DNA of 64,000 bases from Trichoplax adhaerens (lineage: Eukaryota > Animalia > Placozoa). The stretch lies in the NCBI RefSeq assembly GCF_000150275.1, contig NW_002060944.1, positions 3,014,152 through 3,078,151 of the forward strand, given 5' to 3'. The notes under the pieces are model-generated. The model was not told where the DNA came from. It did no database searches and saw only the letters and a program-made list of their open reading frames with translations. Of the stretch, positions 52,201 to 64,000 are shown one piece after another. Position 1 is the stretch's first letter. Each line of letters begins with the position of its first letter. The position numbers and the translations under genes are program-made.

Positions 52201-55200
52201 ATGTTTTAAATTTTCCGAATTTCTTACGTTGTCAATTCACCATTACTTGAATAACTAGAATATATTTGTAGTTACTAACCTGTTCTCTATCGGTAATTCA
52301 ATATTTTCATAGCTATCATCATTAGCTGAAATGTTAGCTTGTCCTGATCTGGGTTCTGGCAAAAATGCTTGTTACGCAGTTAGTTGTTTAGCTGCTAGTG
52401 AAGACGGTCATGACCAGACTGTCCACAGCAAGCATGCTGCCTTTATTTTTATTCAATTGGTTAATTTATTAAATACTAACGATGCAGAAACTGGATGGTT
52501 TGCTGCTATGTAAGTAAACTTTCACTTTCCATATTGGTCAAGTTATGTTTCTACCTAGCTAAATAATTTTTAAAATATTATTCGTAAATATGTATCAATT
52601 GTTAATTTGTCCTATAATATCCTAGGACCTTAAGAACGCTTGCCTCACGTAAAGATGGACTTTTACAATTAAGGAAAAATAGTACCATTGTTAAATCAAT
52701 ACAGGTACAGTAATTCTGGTCGTTAATAAGAACTGTGCGGCTAATGGCCCTCTCTAATAACTCATAAATTAATCAACATATTCTGAAATCGCTCTTACCT
52801 ACTTTTCAATTATAGGAAGTATTGCAAAAGAAATTTGTAAGTAGCGATATCAAGGCTGAATTAGAAGAGGCCTTGAAGTTGTTGGAAAGATTACAGAAGC
52901 CACCACCTCCTGTCTTGCAAGGTTTGCATTCATTTTAAGGCACATTTTGTGTGCGGTACTCTTCGGTCTTTTACACTTAATCGTTCATGAAGAAACTGAC
53001 TAAATATGTAGAATTATAAGAACACTGTAACTGTTTTGCCTCTGTTTATACAGTAATTTTTCGCTCTATACATAAATGAGCTTTAAAGCTCAAAACAGTT
53101 AGTGTGATACTGGTAACCAGTTATAACAGTTTATACCATTACCGTACTAGACTTATAGAATTTGAAAATAAGTACTATATTATATTTAGTTACGGATTAA
53201 ATTGCTCTACAATGTAATCTAAAGTACTCACGAAAGCAAATTAGGCTAAATTAAACTATGGTAATAATACTACTATCCTAGGTAAAATCTAAAGTCTCGA
53301 AGTAAATCAACTTGATATCACTTCAATTAATTGCTCTCTAGATAATTTCTGTACTAGAGAATTTCAATGGTGTGCGTAATGAACTACAGCTATTCTTTCT
53401 GATTCCATATAATCATGCATAATTATATGACAAGTATATTTAGTTATGAAATCGTTACAGGATCATGGAAAGATTAGTGCAGCTAATGCTCTTGTACTTT
53501 CTCACACGAAATAGGTAATGGAGAGGATGCAATTATTATAACATGGAATGAAACCGTGCAATATAATGGCCTTCCTGTAAAATATAAACTTCAGCAAGGT
53601 AAACTGGCCTATTTCAATAAGCTGATTCTCTTTTTCTATGTCATGAAATCTAATATCATTACCCTTTTCAAATACTGTATATCATCACTTTCTTTTTTGG
53701 CTATCTAGGAGATCAAAGTGTTTATGTTGGTGAGGATCGGACATTTACTCTCAGCAAGTTAAAACCGGATACTCAGTATGAATTTAGATTAAAGTTGATC
53801 AGTGAGGGAGATGAAAGCCCCTTCAGTGAAATAGCCTGCATTAAGACTCCAGAATCAAGTATGACAAGTTTATAGTGTGTCAACAATATTAAAGTTACCT
53901 TATTTTGCTCGTAATTTAAAGCTTTATTCTAGACTTTTCAATCGCATCAACATTCTCAATTTTCAATTTCTACTAGCGCCATCAGCTCCAGTGGAACTTG
54001 AGATACAGTCAGTGACTTCCTGTAAAGTTGAACTCATCTGGAAAGAACCCCTGGAGAAAAATGGAAACATTGTAGCATACGAGATCTATGAAGGTAACTC
54101 GGAAATTAAGCGTATTGCATATTTATAAATTGTTATTATGATCGGTAAAAATAGAAAATAGTAATGAAGAGAGTATTCTAAAATAAATATACGAGTATAG
54201 TATAAAGAACACACACTCAACTCCGTTTCTAACATATAGGGAAAGGATTAATTGAAAAAACCAAAGTACCACTTATAAGTATTCATCATCTTTATCCTAA
54301 CAGAACATACCTATTCGAGGCAAGCATGATTTATGATTCTATTTGCGTTGCTAGTGCTAATATTTGAAAGTATTTTCTTAGGTTGCTGCTTGTACCTCAG
54401 TTGGTAGCGGTCCAAAAGCAAAAATTGAAGTAACAACAAAAAATGGTATGGTAAATAGTTCGAATTTTTATTTCGTACCGCACCATACTTAGATTTTAGA
54501 GACTTCATTAACGAAAACTAGTGAGAGATAATATCAAACTGTTTTGTTTCTACTCCCAGATTTCATTTGAATATCCTATAATTGTAATCATAAGCATAAC
54601 TATTGCTATTTGTTTCGCACTAGCATCACAGTCAATGCCTAAGCCAAGTCTGAATACTGATGGAGACAATGTTACCATCAGTTGGAAATTTCCAGAAACT
54701 CTGGAAGAAAATGTGAATCAATTTCAACTGCTAATAGATGGAAAGGTAAGATATTATGTTATAGTATCTTTTTCGGTAGCTTGAGAAATATCAAAGAGGT
54801 TCTGAGATTACTTTCAATAAATTTTTCGTTACCGTCAATTTATATCGGCGTAAATAGCTGTAAATATTACTTATAAATTTTTAAAGAATTACCGAATACC
54901 TATAAGTATATTATCACTATCATTAAAACGTGTGAATACTTCTATCGAGCTGCCATAATATTCTCTCAGTTATCACTTTGCGATTGATCTAATTCCAGCA
55001 CTACATTCTATATTATTCGGTTTCAATGGTATGGAAAATTAAGCCAAGCGAGACTGCTAAGGCCTATCGAGCAGCAATAATATATCTCACTTTCGTTTAA
55101 CAAGTTGATCTATCGGATAATATTCATCAATTGTATTGCTGCTCATAGAGGATTTTAACTCACGCTAAAATGGAGGCCACATCTGTATCTACATCCCCAA

Positions 55201-58200
55201 CATGCTGTAAATAGTGTAAAGTTTAATGCAGATATCCTAGTCAGCTGTTACGATTTGGTTACTGCTAATCTTTAAATCAGCTACAATACGCTAAATTATC
55301 ATGATTACATTATGGTAATAATTTCAAAGGAAATCTTAGTTGTTTGGTATATAATTTTATATTACAAATTATTCTGTCCCGTTTATGCTCACTATTAGGA
55401 TTATTATATTATATCACAGTATATAATCTGGCATATTCCTAATTTTAATAATACATCACCCAATGCTCTACGTTTAAAGAAGATATCGCGCTATTACTAC
55501 TGATATTGTACTGTAATTTAAAATTTGACATCTAACCCAATCCTTAGTTAAAACCGTATCTTGATATCTACCGTTTGCAAGTGTCAATTCAGCATCACGT
55601 ATTAAGTAAAATTTAAACTTGCTATTTCACAATATTTACAGTAATTATAATTATTAATGATATTAATTGAATTGTAATTTAGATTTTGATTCATAATTAA
55701 ATTAAGATTTATATCAAGAATATAAATTTGGATATACAATTATTCCTTTAGGTAGTATACACTGGACAAGAAACACAATATAAAATGACATCCGCACCGA
55801 TCAAAAATAAAGAATATAAATTTAGAGTAATGCCATTTCAGACCGTAGCTATCGAAATTATATTTTGCATATTTCATGGATAATGCTTTCAATTAAAATG
55901 CTATAATAGAGAAAAGCGTCATAAGAGTAATGTTAAGATATTGGTTCTCCTTCATATCTTAGGTTTATTTATGGACAAAGGAGGGTGAAATTATACAGAG
56001 CGAAATCTTAGTTACAGCCATATCATTACAACTAGGTAGAGTAGTGTGCTATTAATCAGTCTTTCCTAGTGAAGCTAAATCTATTAACTATTCAGAAACT
56101 ATTGCATATATTTAAAGAAAGAGTGGCCTAGTTATCTCCATGAGATAGAGAATTAAGTATATTTACTATTATTAATTTGTACAGAAACTACTGATACAGT
56201 AGATACAAAAGACTATAGTGAATATCTGGAATCTCAGGAAGGTAATAATATATTGAAATTATTTAGCAGAAGAGTTTACTGACAGTAGAACTTCATTAAT
56301 TTTGTCAGTACCGACTAAATTCATTTCATTTTGGCAATTTATAGTTACAAGCGTTGATGAAGTAAATTCAGAAGTAGATACAATTAAATCTAGCCGAACG
56401 ACGACGAAATCGGAGACGAAAACCTCGAAGGTTAAACAACGGAAAGAAAAGAAAACTTCTAAAAATAAGAATGCCAAATCTGCAACGGAAAGTAGCGTTG
56501 AAACAGAAATAAAAGGAAAGGTAAATTGATACGGAATTACGAGGGGAATTCATTGCGTGTAGGTTGCAAGAAGTTATTAAGAAAAATTCAATTTTGGAAT
56601 TAATTACAATTTTTAAATGATTTGTAATCTGTAATAGCAGGAAAAGTCAAAAAGTACGAACAAGAAAGCAAAACAGCCCAAGAATCATTGTCATCCAGTG
56701 AAAAAATCAAAATCAATTAGTCATCATAGCAGCCATCGGAAATACAGCGATTCATACCTTAGCAAAGACGATAGTCTAGATAGCATAAATCGTTTACTTG
56801 CTAAGATATCTTATGATGACCTCAAAAGCAAAGACTCCTCTCAGAGTTTAACAAATAGTAGCTCGAATTCATCGAAAGAGACTCGTCCAACTGTCGTTCG
56901 TACATCTAGCAATCAGCAAGATCGTATAAAAGAGAAAGTTAAGGTATTTTCGGCTTACGATAAAATAATAAAAATACAATATGAGCGATTCTTAGCTATT
57001 CCCCTAACTGTCTTACTCAGACTAAAAAAAATTTTTATCCTAAATATGAATTTATTGTAATAAATTATTACACTACAGCAGCGTACATGTAGTAATTTAG
57101 AATTGAAGACTTGCTATAAAATTATTGAGTAAAGTGAGTAAAGATTTTCATTCTCTAACATGGGAACTTTTATTGCCTGCTGGTAAATGTGGCCTTATTA
57201 AAACATTTATAATTTTTATTTTATATTTCTTTTAATTAATTGAAGCTTATCATTACAATGTTGTTTTGATTCGTACTGATTAAATATTACACAAGATAAA
57301 CTAATTCATATACCGGTTCAGGAACTTATTCATTCACATTAAAGTACCTATATGATTTGTTACCGGAAATAAATTGAACATTCCGATTCTCTAGTTTTAA
57401 CCATATCATTTCACTTATAATATTCCTATCTTGTACAGTACAGTGCCAATAGATTTTTAAAGCATCAAAACTTATACGTTTATATGTTCACATATACAAA
57501 TTTTGACTGTGTTATACTTTTAAATTTTGATAGTCTATCAAGCAAATGGTTTCTGCTAACATTAATGCGAAATCAGCTCGCCCCAAGAGTATGTCTAAAT
57601 CAGGTAAACTAGCTACTATTTTTGCTCTCTATAATGGCAACCTGAAAATAACTAAATTGTATCAAGGTGCTTTATTTTATACGACTGTACTAAACTGATT
57701 TCCATAATATTATCGATGTTAATCGATCAATGATTTATAACTGTATTCTCTTATTACTCTATAGCTTCCTTAGATTCCATTCGAGAATTACATCTGGTAT
57801 GTGAAGATTTACTTCAATATCTCCTTTATAAATCAGATTTTGGAATAGTACTGTAATAATATTTCTTCTAAATAATTAATTAAAGAACTTGAATATAAAT
57901 AATAATCACTTTAGAGTTTCTCATAGCTAAGTTTTCTTTTGCTAGCCAATATTTCAACTCTAATTTATAAAATTAACTTCTAATCTCCATCAGAAAAAGC
58001 ATCGTTCAATCAAATTACCACTCGAAAATTCCAGCCGTTACAGTGTGTTACAGCCATTAGAAAAAAAGCGATCCGGAAAGCCAGTTGAGCAAAGTAAGAT
58101 TTAATTTGAAACCGGGATAGCTAGCGATAGTAATAATTAATAGGTTTCAAGTGAACGATACAACTACAGTCTTCAGAGCAAAGCAAAATAACTAATAATT

Positions 58201-59734
58201 AAGGAAATCGTAGAAGTTTCGTAAGCTTAACTCCACCAACACTCTCTTAAAGGTGAAAATAACGTGCGCTATAGCAGTGGAAATGGACAAAAATCAATAC
58301 CAAGTTATCATGCTGTAGACAAGTAAAATTACAGTTAATTTTTACTGCAATGATCTTTACTAACAATTTGATATTAAATAAGTACGATAACCATGATATT
58401 TCAAGGTTAATCATCTAAAACTAATCAATTTAATTGATATTTTATAAATTAGCATTGATTTAGAAAATATGACTTCATCTAGCCCTTGGCCAGGACAACA
58501 CTACCAGTATGTTATAGCCAGATAGTTTGCATTTATGTTGCTCACATTTGTGTTGACTTAGAAATTATCATATAGATCTGAACTATGTTATAGACTTTAT
58601 TTAGTCTTAATTAAAATTACTACATCTACTTGATTGGTAGTTCTTATATGTGTATTCGTCTATTTCATCTGCATTCTCACAGAAATGTAAACGTTCCTGA
58701 CATTTTTTACGGCTGTCTTATAATTATATGGTCTTTTCTTTAATTCAGTACCTTATAATACATGAATGACTTAACTGCACATTTTTCTAGTCTTTCTTCT
58801 CCTTTTCTGTGTAACTCATAATTCTATAGAGCAGCTCGTAATGGAGAGAATTTACTTATTTTAAGTATAGTTTTGATAGGAAGAAAATCTTGTTAATGTA
58901 GTCATAGAAAATAGCAATTTACAACATCCTCTAATTAAATTCTGTATAAGCAATACTACTACAGTATGCCCTTAAGTTTATATTATTATTAGATAGAAAG
59001 GAACTATTATTGCCTGTAAATCTCAGTAGAAAGCAAGATATTATTAATAAGTATTAAAGCGAAGTGATAGCAGTTTTAAAGTGAATTAATTTCTGTTTGA
59101 TGATTGTTATAATAGGGACTACGAAGATTCAAGTGATTCTATCTTCACTAAGGAAGATGATTCAGCAGGGTTAGTATACAATTTATGACTACATATGATT
59201 AAAAAATTCATGAGAAGACTGCTTTTATCCTACGTGTTTGCTAGGGGTAGGTTCATAACAAAGTTAAATTGATAATTTTGTTATTATAATTTCTGCGATT
59301 GTAGCTATTCAAAATGGAGCTACCCTAATCATCCCCATACACCGTCATCTAAAGATCCAGTAGTATTGCAAAAATATAATTTGGAGTTAAAATTGCATTC
59401 ACAAAGCGATATTAAAGCAATGCCAATTAAGAAAAGATTTATACCTATGCGAATGAAACCTGTTTTTGAATCGCAAACAAATCCTATCGGTTCTAATCCC
59501 AATCATCATAATAGCAACAACAATAATAATAGCAATAGCAGTAATCCCCATCAGCGCATAACGAAGGCTAAAGCTAATCTGCCAGAGTTGGGTTCAGCAA
59601 GCAGTAGTACTTCCAATAATAGAAGTTATCATTCAGGTAATCATGGCAATGAAAGGATTAGCGCTAATTATTTTACTGGTGTGGCTACCATTCCACCAAT
59701 TGATCAAAAATCTCAATTAAGTAAGCTGTCATAA
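49280..59734 (+). CDS. Uncharacterised protein: armadillo-like repeats + three fibronectin type III domains + low-complexity Ser/Lys/Asn tail; multi-exon, true start unresolved
   Basis: ARM-like exons: LAGNASYIIGTLAE, IINAAGTLGTL, IANNAALVLARL, GMNAAFAVGRMC, KNACYAVSCLA, WFAAMTLRTLA. FN3 exons: ITW...LKPDTQYEFRL, PSAP..L...LIWKEP..NG.IVAYEI...LYPNRTYLFEVAA, and VTISW...YKFRV. The last exon ends at 59734. Confidence 0.75.
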
Positions 59735-61649
59735 AGGAAATACCATACATGTTAGGCTCAGCTTCTATTTTTTTATTCTATAATGTGATAGAAGATAAAA
59801 ATACTTTTATTTATTAATCTTATTTTCTACCACATATAATAACGAATCGTCTCATCCTATTTAACTTATCACAAAATTACACGTACAGCAATAAAATCGG
59901 TCATCCAATAACTGTAATACGGATAGAACTTATTGCTAATCTAGCTGGCTTATTAGTATTCAGAAAGAATATTGGGTATCTTAAATTAATAGGCATTGTA
60001 ATTAAGTCATTTTATTCTATTTTGATACGATTCTATCTCATAATTCCACTTCGAAGTGTTACCACTAAAGTATTAGTATCTGTTATCATAAATTATCATG
60101 TTCTTATAGCTACAATTTCAACCTTGTTATTACTAAATACCTGTATTATTATCCTATCAAAGTACAGATGCTCTCCTATTCACTAATTTGAAAGCAGTTT
60201 TAATGTAGGGCATCCTTCCAAAAGCACTTTATCGCAGCTGCTTCTAATCGTTGATAACTAAATTTCAATTATCATAATCGATAATGGTTCCTGTTTAATT
60301 ACTATATATAAATGATTTAAACTCTAGATCATAATTAATAACAATATCATTTCTGATTGACCTGGAATTATTTAAGCATAATCCGGTAATGTTGTTAAAT
60401 ACTATACATATATATCTATCGTAATGGCTATAAATGGCTATAAATATAAATGTGTATATATATAGTGTGTGTGTATTCGAAGTTATGAATATCCAGTTGA
60501 TATATATATAAGGAACGGGAATAACTAAGCCATACATATATAACGCGATATCTTTTAGTATTATATCGTAATTACCATTAATTATTGCTATCGATACTCC
60601 AGCTCTCGAAATAATCTACTACAACATTAACCGATTGGTGTAATTGAATATTAATCATCATTTGGTCTGCTTTATAATTTAATAAATGTTTCAGATACAC
60701 ATGGAGTCTTAAGCTATCTGCAAGATATTCCATTTTCAATATGTTAATGATTAGGATACCGAGTGAAAATATTAAAATTGCGTTTACATTTACTGTATTT
60801 ATTACCAAATTTCAGGAAATAGATTAAATGAAATCTATATGTCGTAGAAATGCACTAGTTGTTATCGTAGAAAGTTCTAAATAAATTTTTTACATTTTGA
60901 AACTCAAAGATTGCTCAATAGTAATTTGTTTGACTATGTATTTAAAAGTCTCGTACTAATTGTTAGAAGACAAGCAGAATTAATCTACTCGTATATTTTG
61001 CACTATAGATTAGTTGCTGTGATAAAGCATAGTACTGTAGAAAACTTGTATTTTATATATGCAAAATTGTTACTGTCAACCCTTACTAAGGAATTGGACA
61101 ATCTTAAGGAATTACAAGTCATTCCTTAATTATTTCTTGGGAATGTGTGGTCAATCTTTGAAATGGTACTAACAAATACATTTACCCAAAAGACTTTTAA
61201 CTTTAACGTCACACAATACATAAGAGTATTTATTCTGATTATGGAACTAACTTACCTGTGCTGTTCATTGCAAGACAAAACAAACAGAAATAGCTTTAAC
61301 AGTTACGTAGCTACTGCCCTAGGATGCCTGAAGTTGAATTGGATACTCCTTAAGATTGCCTAATTCTAAAGATTGATAGTAAAATTATGATTCATTTATC
61401 GTAATTAGTTTATTATCACAACATATAGAATTACGGTAACATAAAAACAAGCTGATGAAAACTACGTATAATCACAATATTTGCAATCTTATGTGTCTGC
61501 TGCCATATAATATCGTAAAAGCAATAGCTAATTGAGCGGATACGAATTAGGGATATCCTCTAATTCTATGATATATTTTAGTTACAGTAGATAATATCTT
61601 ACTACAATATTATACTAATAAACAGCACATTATTAATTATAGTACGCAC

Positions 61650-63060
61650 TATAGAATGAGCATTATCGTAATCTTAACATGGTGCCAGATCTTGCTGAGA
61701 AGTTGTATATTTTCATAAAGTTTGGAAATGAGCTTTACTATAAACGAATACAATGGGCTATTTGTATGAGATCTAGTAGTCTTCATCACTTTATAAGCAT
61801 GAATATTTACCCTCTTGTAATGAGATCATTTCTTCTAGACAGAATAATAAATTATTAACCTCTAATATTAAAGCTAATATGATAGACTTGTGTGTTTAGA
61901 ACACCCAGGTAGTAAGCTGATGACTGGGGGAAAATTGAATCTCGGTACGGTAAGCTTTATTTTATATAGATAGTGCGTGTTTTTCTTATCGTGAATTAAA
62001 TTAATGAATGGGTTTACTCATTTAGACCAAGATAAACCTTGGCAAGCTATAGAAAATGTACTAACATTGCTTTAACAGTACAAGATTTTCCTTATCGATC
62101 GATTTAGCTGATACAACATAGTTCATACAGATCGCCCTGTTAAAATACAGTTTTAATAACCGAATTATACCTTGTATGCAAGCATTAAAACATTTCACAA
62201 ACGATAAGAAGGCTTAAATTTTCGTCAATTCAAGTAAATTCAAAAGTAAGACTTCTTGGAATTTAGCCTATGTAGTCTAATTGGCTTTTACAAAGACCTA
62301 GTTTTCATCATTTAAATTCTACGTGAAATGTCATTAATTCTTGGAAGAGAAAATAGTTTACCGCAATTTCAGGGCGTGTTGCTCTATATATTTATCGGAA
62401 TTCGTAGTTATTAAGAACTTTATTGAGTCTACAGTCGATATAAGATAAAAAATCATTCTTCACTCATCGTAAGCGGAAGAACATTATCGTTATTTTAGCA
62501 TGGTATCAGATCTTGCAAAGAAGTTACAAATTATCATAAAGTTAGAAATAGGTTTTACAATCGGTAATTACAATACGCTATTTGTACGAGATATTATAGC
62601 AATCGCGTTATGGGCATGCATATTTTCCCTGTTGTAATGTGATCATCTCATCTAAGGTAGAATAACAAATCATGAACTCCCCTTTCAGGGCTAAGGTGAT
62701 CGATTTATATATGTTTAGAATACCTAAGTAGATGACTGGGAAAATTTTGATATATCAATCTCAGTCTGCATTACTGCATACTGGTACATGTTTTCTTTGC
62801 GAATTAAAGAATGAATTTACCCCCTTTAGACTAATATAAAGCTTCATAAGTCATTGAAAATGAACTAATATAAAAAGCCAACGCTTTTACCATTTCAAAT
62901 TTTGTTTCATCGATCCATTATAACTGATATAACACGCTTCACGTACATCAATATATAACATGGATTTAATTATAAGTTATACATTGTAGACAGGTTTTAA
63001 ATTTTACAAACCATAGAAAGGCTTGAGTGATTCAACAATCCACACAAGGTCAAAAGGTAT
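61650..63060. repeat. Diverged direct duplication, period about 820 nt (possible decayed gene fragments)
   Basis: 'cattatcgt...catggt..cagatcttgc...aagtt' at 61661 and 62482, with further collinear blocks (gatgactggg, tttagac, gaaggctt). Confidence 0.75.
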
Positions 63061-64000
63061 GTCTTATTAAATTCTACACTTTTTAGACTTGTCGATTGTT
63101 ATAACGCCTTGTTTATTAACAATTAAATTTTACGCATAATATCTATTAATTTTTGTAAGAAAAAATATTCTATCGCATTTTTAGAGTATGTTGCTTATCT
63201 ACCTTTTATTGCTATTTAATTCGTGTATCTACTGTATATTCGAGTTAGCATCCCATTTCTTATACTTCATCTACCACAAATAGCCTTTTTTTATGAGTTA
63301 TTTCTTAATTGATCCTCATCAGCATGTACAATCTGAATAAGTTAAAAGTTACTTTTTGCCACCCTAACTATACATTTATGTTGTTATTTTCCCCAATAGC
63401 TGTAAATTATAGCAGAACTCGATTTATCTTAAATACATTATCACAATATAAGTGAAGTAGTTTAATCACATTAATCGATACGTGACTACAGAGAAGGAAA
63501 ATTTTTCACCGAGATGCTTCTTCATTCTCCATACGTTTGCACGGAATTGACAATTTTAATATTTGCGTTTGGTTGGATTTCAATCAATGGTAAGTTTACT
63601 CTAGTTTAGGTAATAATATATCAACGATAGTCACATATGACTATGATATTGGCGTTAAAGATTAAAAATCAACTAAATTATTGCTCAAAGTAAAGTATTA
63701 GAAATATTTTCGCATCACATAACAAAATAAGCATACTATGTTCTATTTTGATTATTGCAAAGCAAATCAGAAAGATAGTGTATTTCAAGAAATTTACCTG
63801 TCCTTATTCTATACTTGCATAACTCATGACTATAACATTTTATTCACGCTATAATATCGTACTGGTATATCTAGGTAGAGCAGTACCTATGGAAGTCAAT
63901 TTAAATTGTAACTTTGAGACGAACTTTTGCCAATGGGAAAATAGCCGGCATTTAGATTCTAAATTTGCATGGGTGAGGAATAAGAGCGAAACTATCACGC

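Overview
AT-rich, intron-dense animal nuclear DNA with many 60-150 nt GT-AG introns and two N-gaps. The gene style and base composition best fit a placozoan (Trichoplax-like); this is an inference, not a database result. Gene order: satellite blocks (0.7-3.6 kb); RAD50 (+, about 45 exons); STEEP1/CXorf56 (-); CDK9 (+); three FASTK/RAP-domain paralogues with 36-39 aa helical repeats (-,+,-); a spliced nuclear gene for ATP synthase subunit 8 (+); JMJD5/KDM8 (-); two tandem AGPAT1/2-like acyltransferases (-); an unnamed ARM-repeat + 3xFN3 gene (+); and a decayed duplicated tail. The main finding is the ATP8 gene at 33295-34154. Four coding exons splice in frame to give a 65-aa mitochondrial-presequence-like leader fused to a 73-aa MPQLD...LP..R ATP8 domain. 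This looks like a functional mitochondrion-to-nucleus transfer of a gene reported missing from placozoan mtDNA. It sits head-to-head with a cluster of putative mitochondrial RNA-processing FASTK genes. Most intergenic regions upstream of gene starts carry dense TACAGTA/CAGTACTG tracts and palindromes. All exon models were read by eye.
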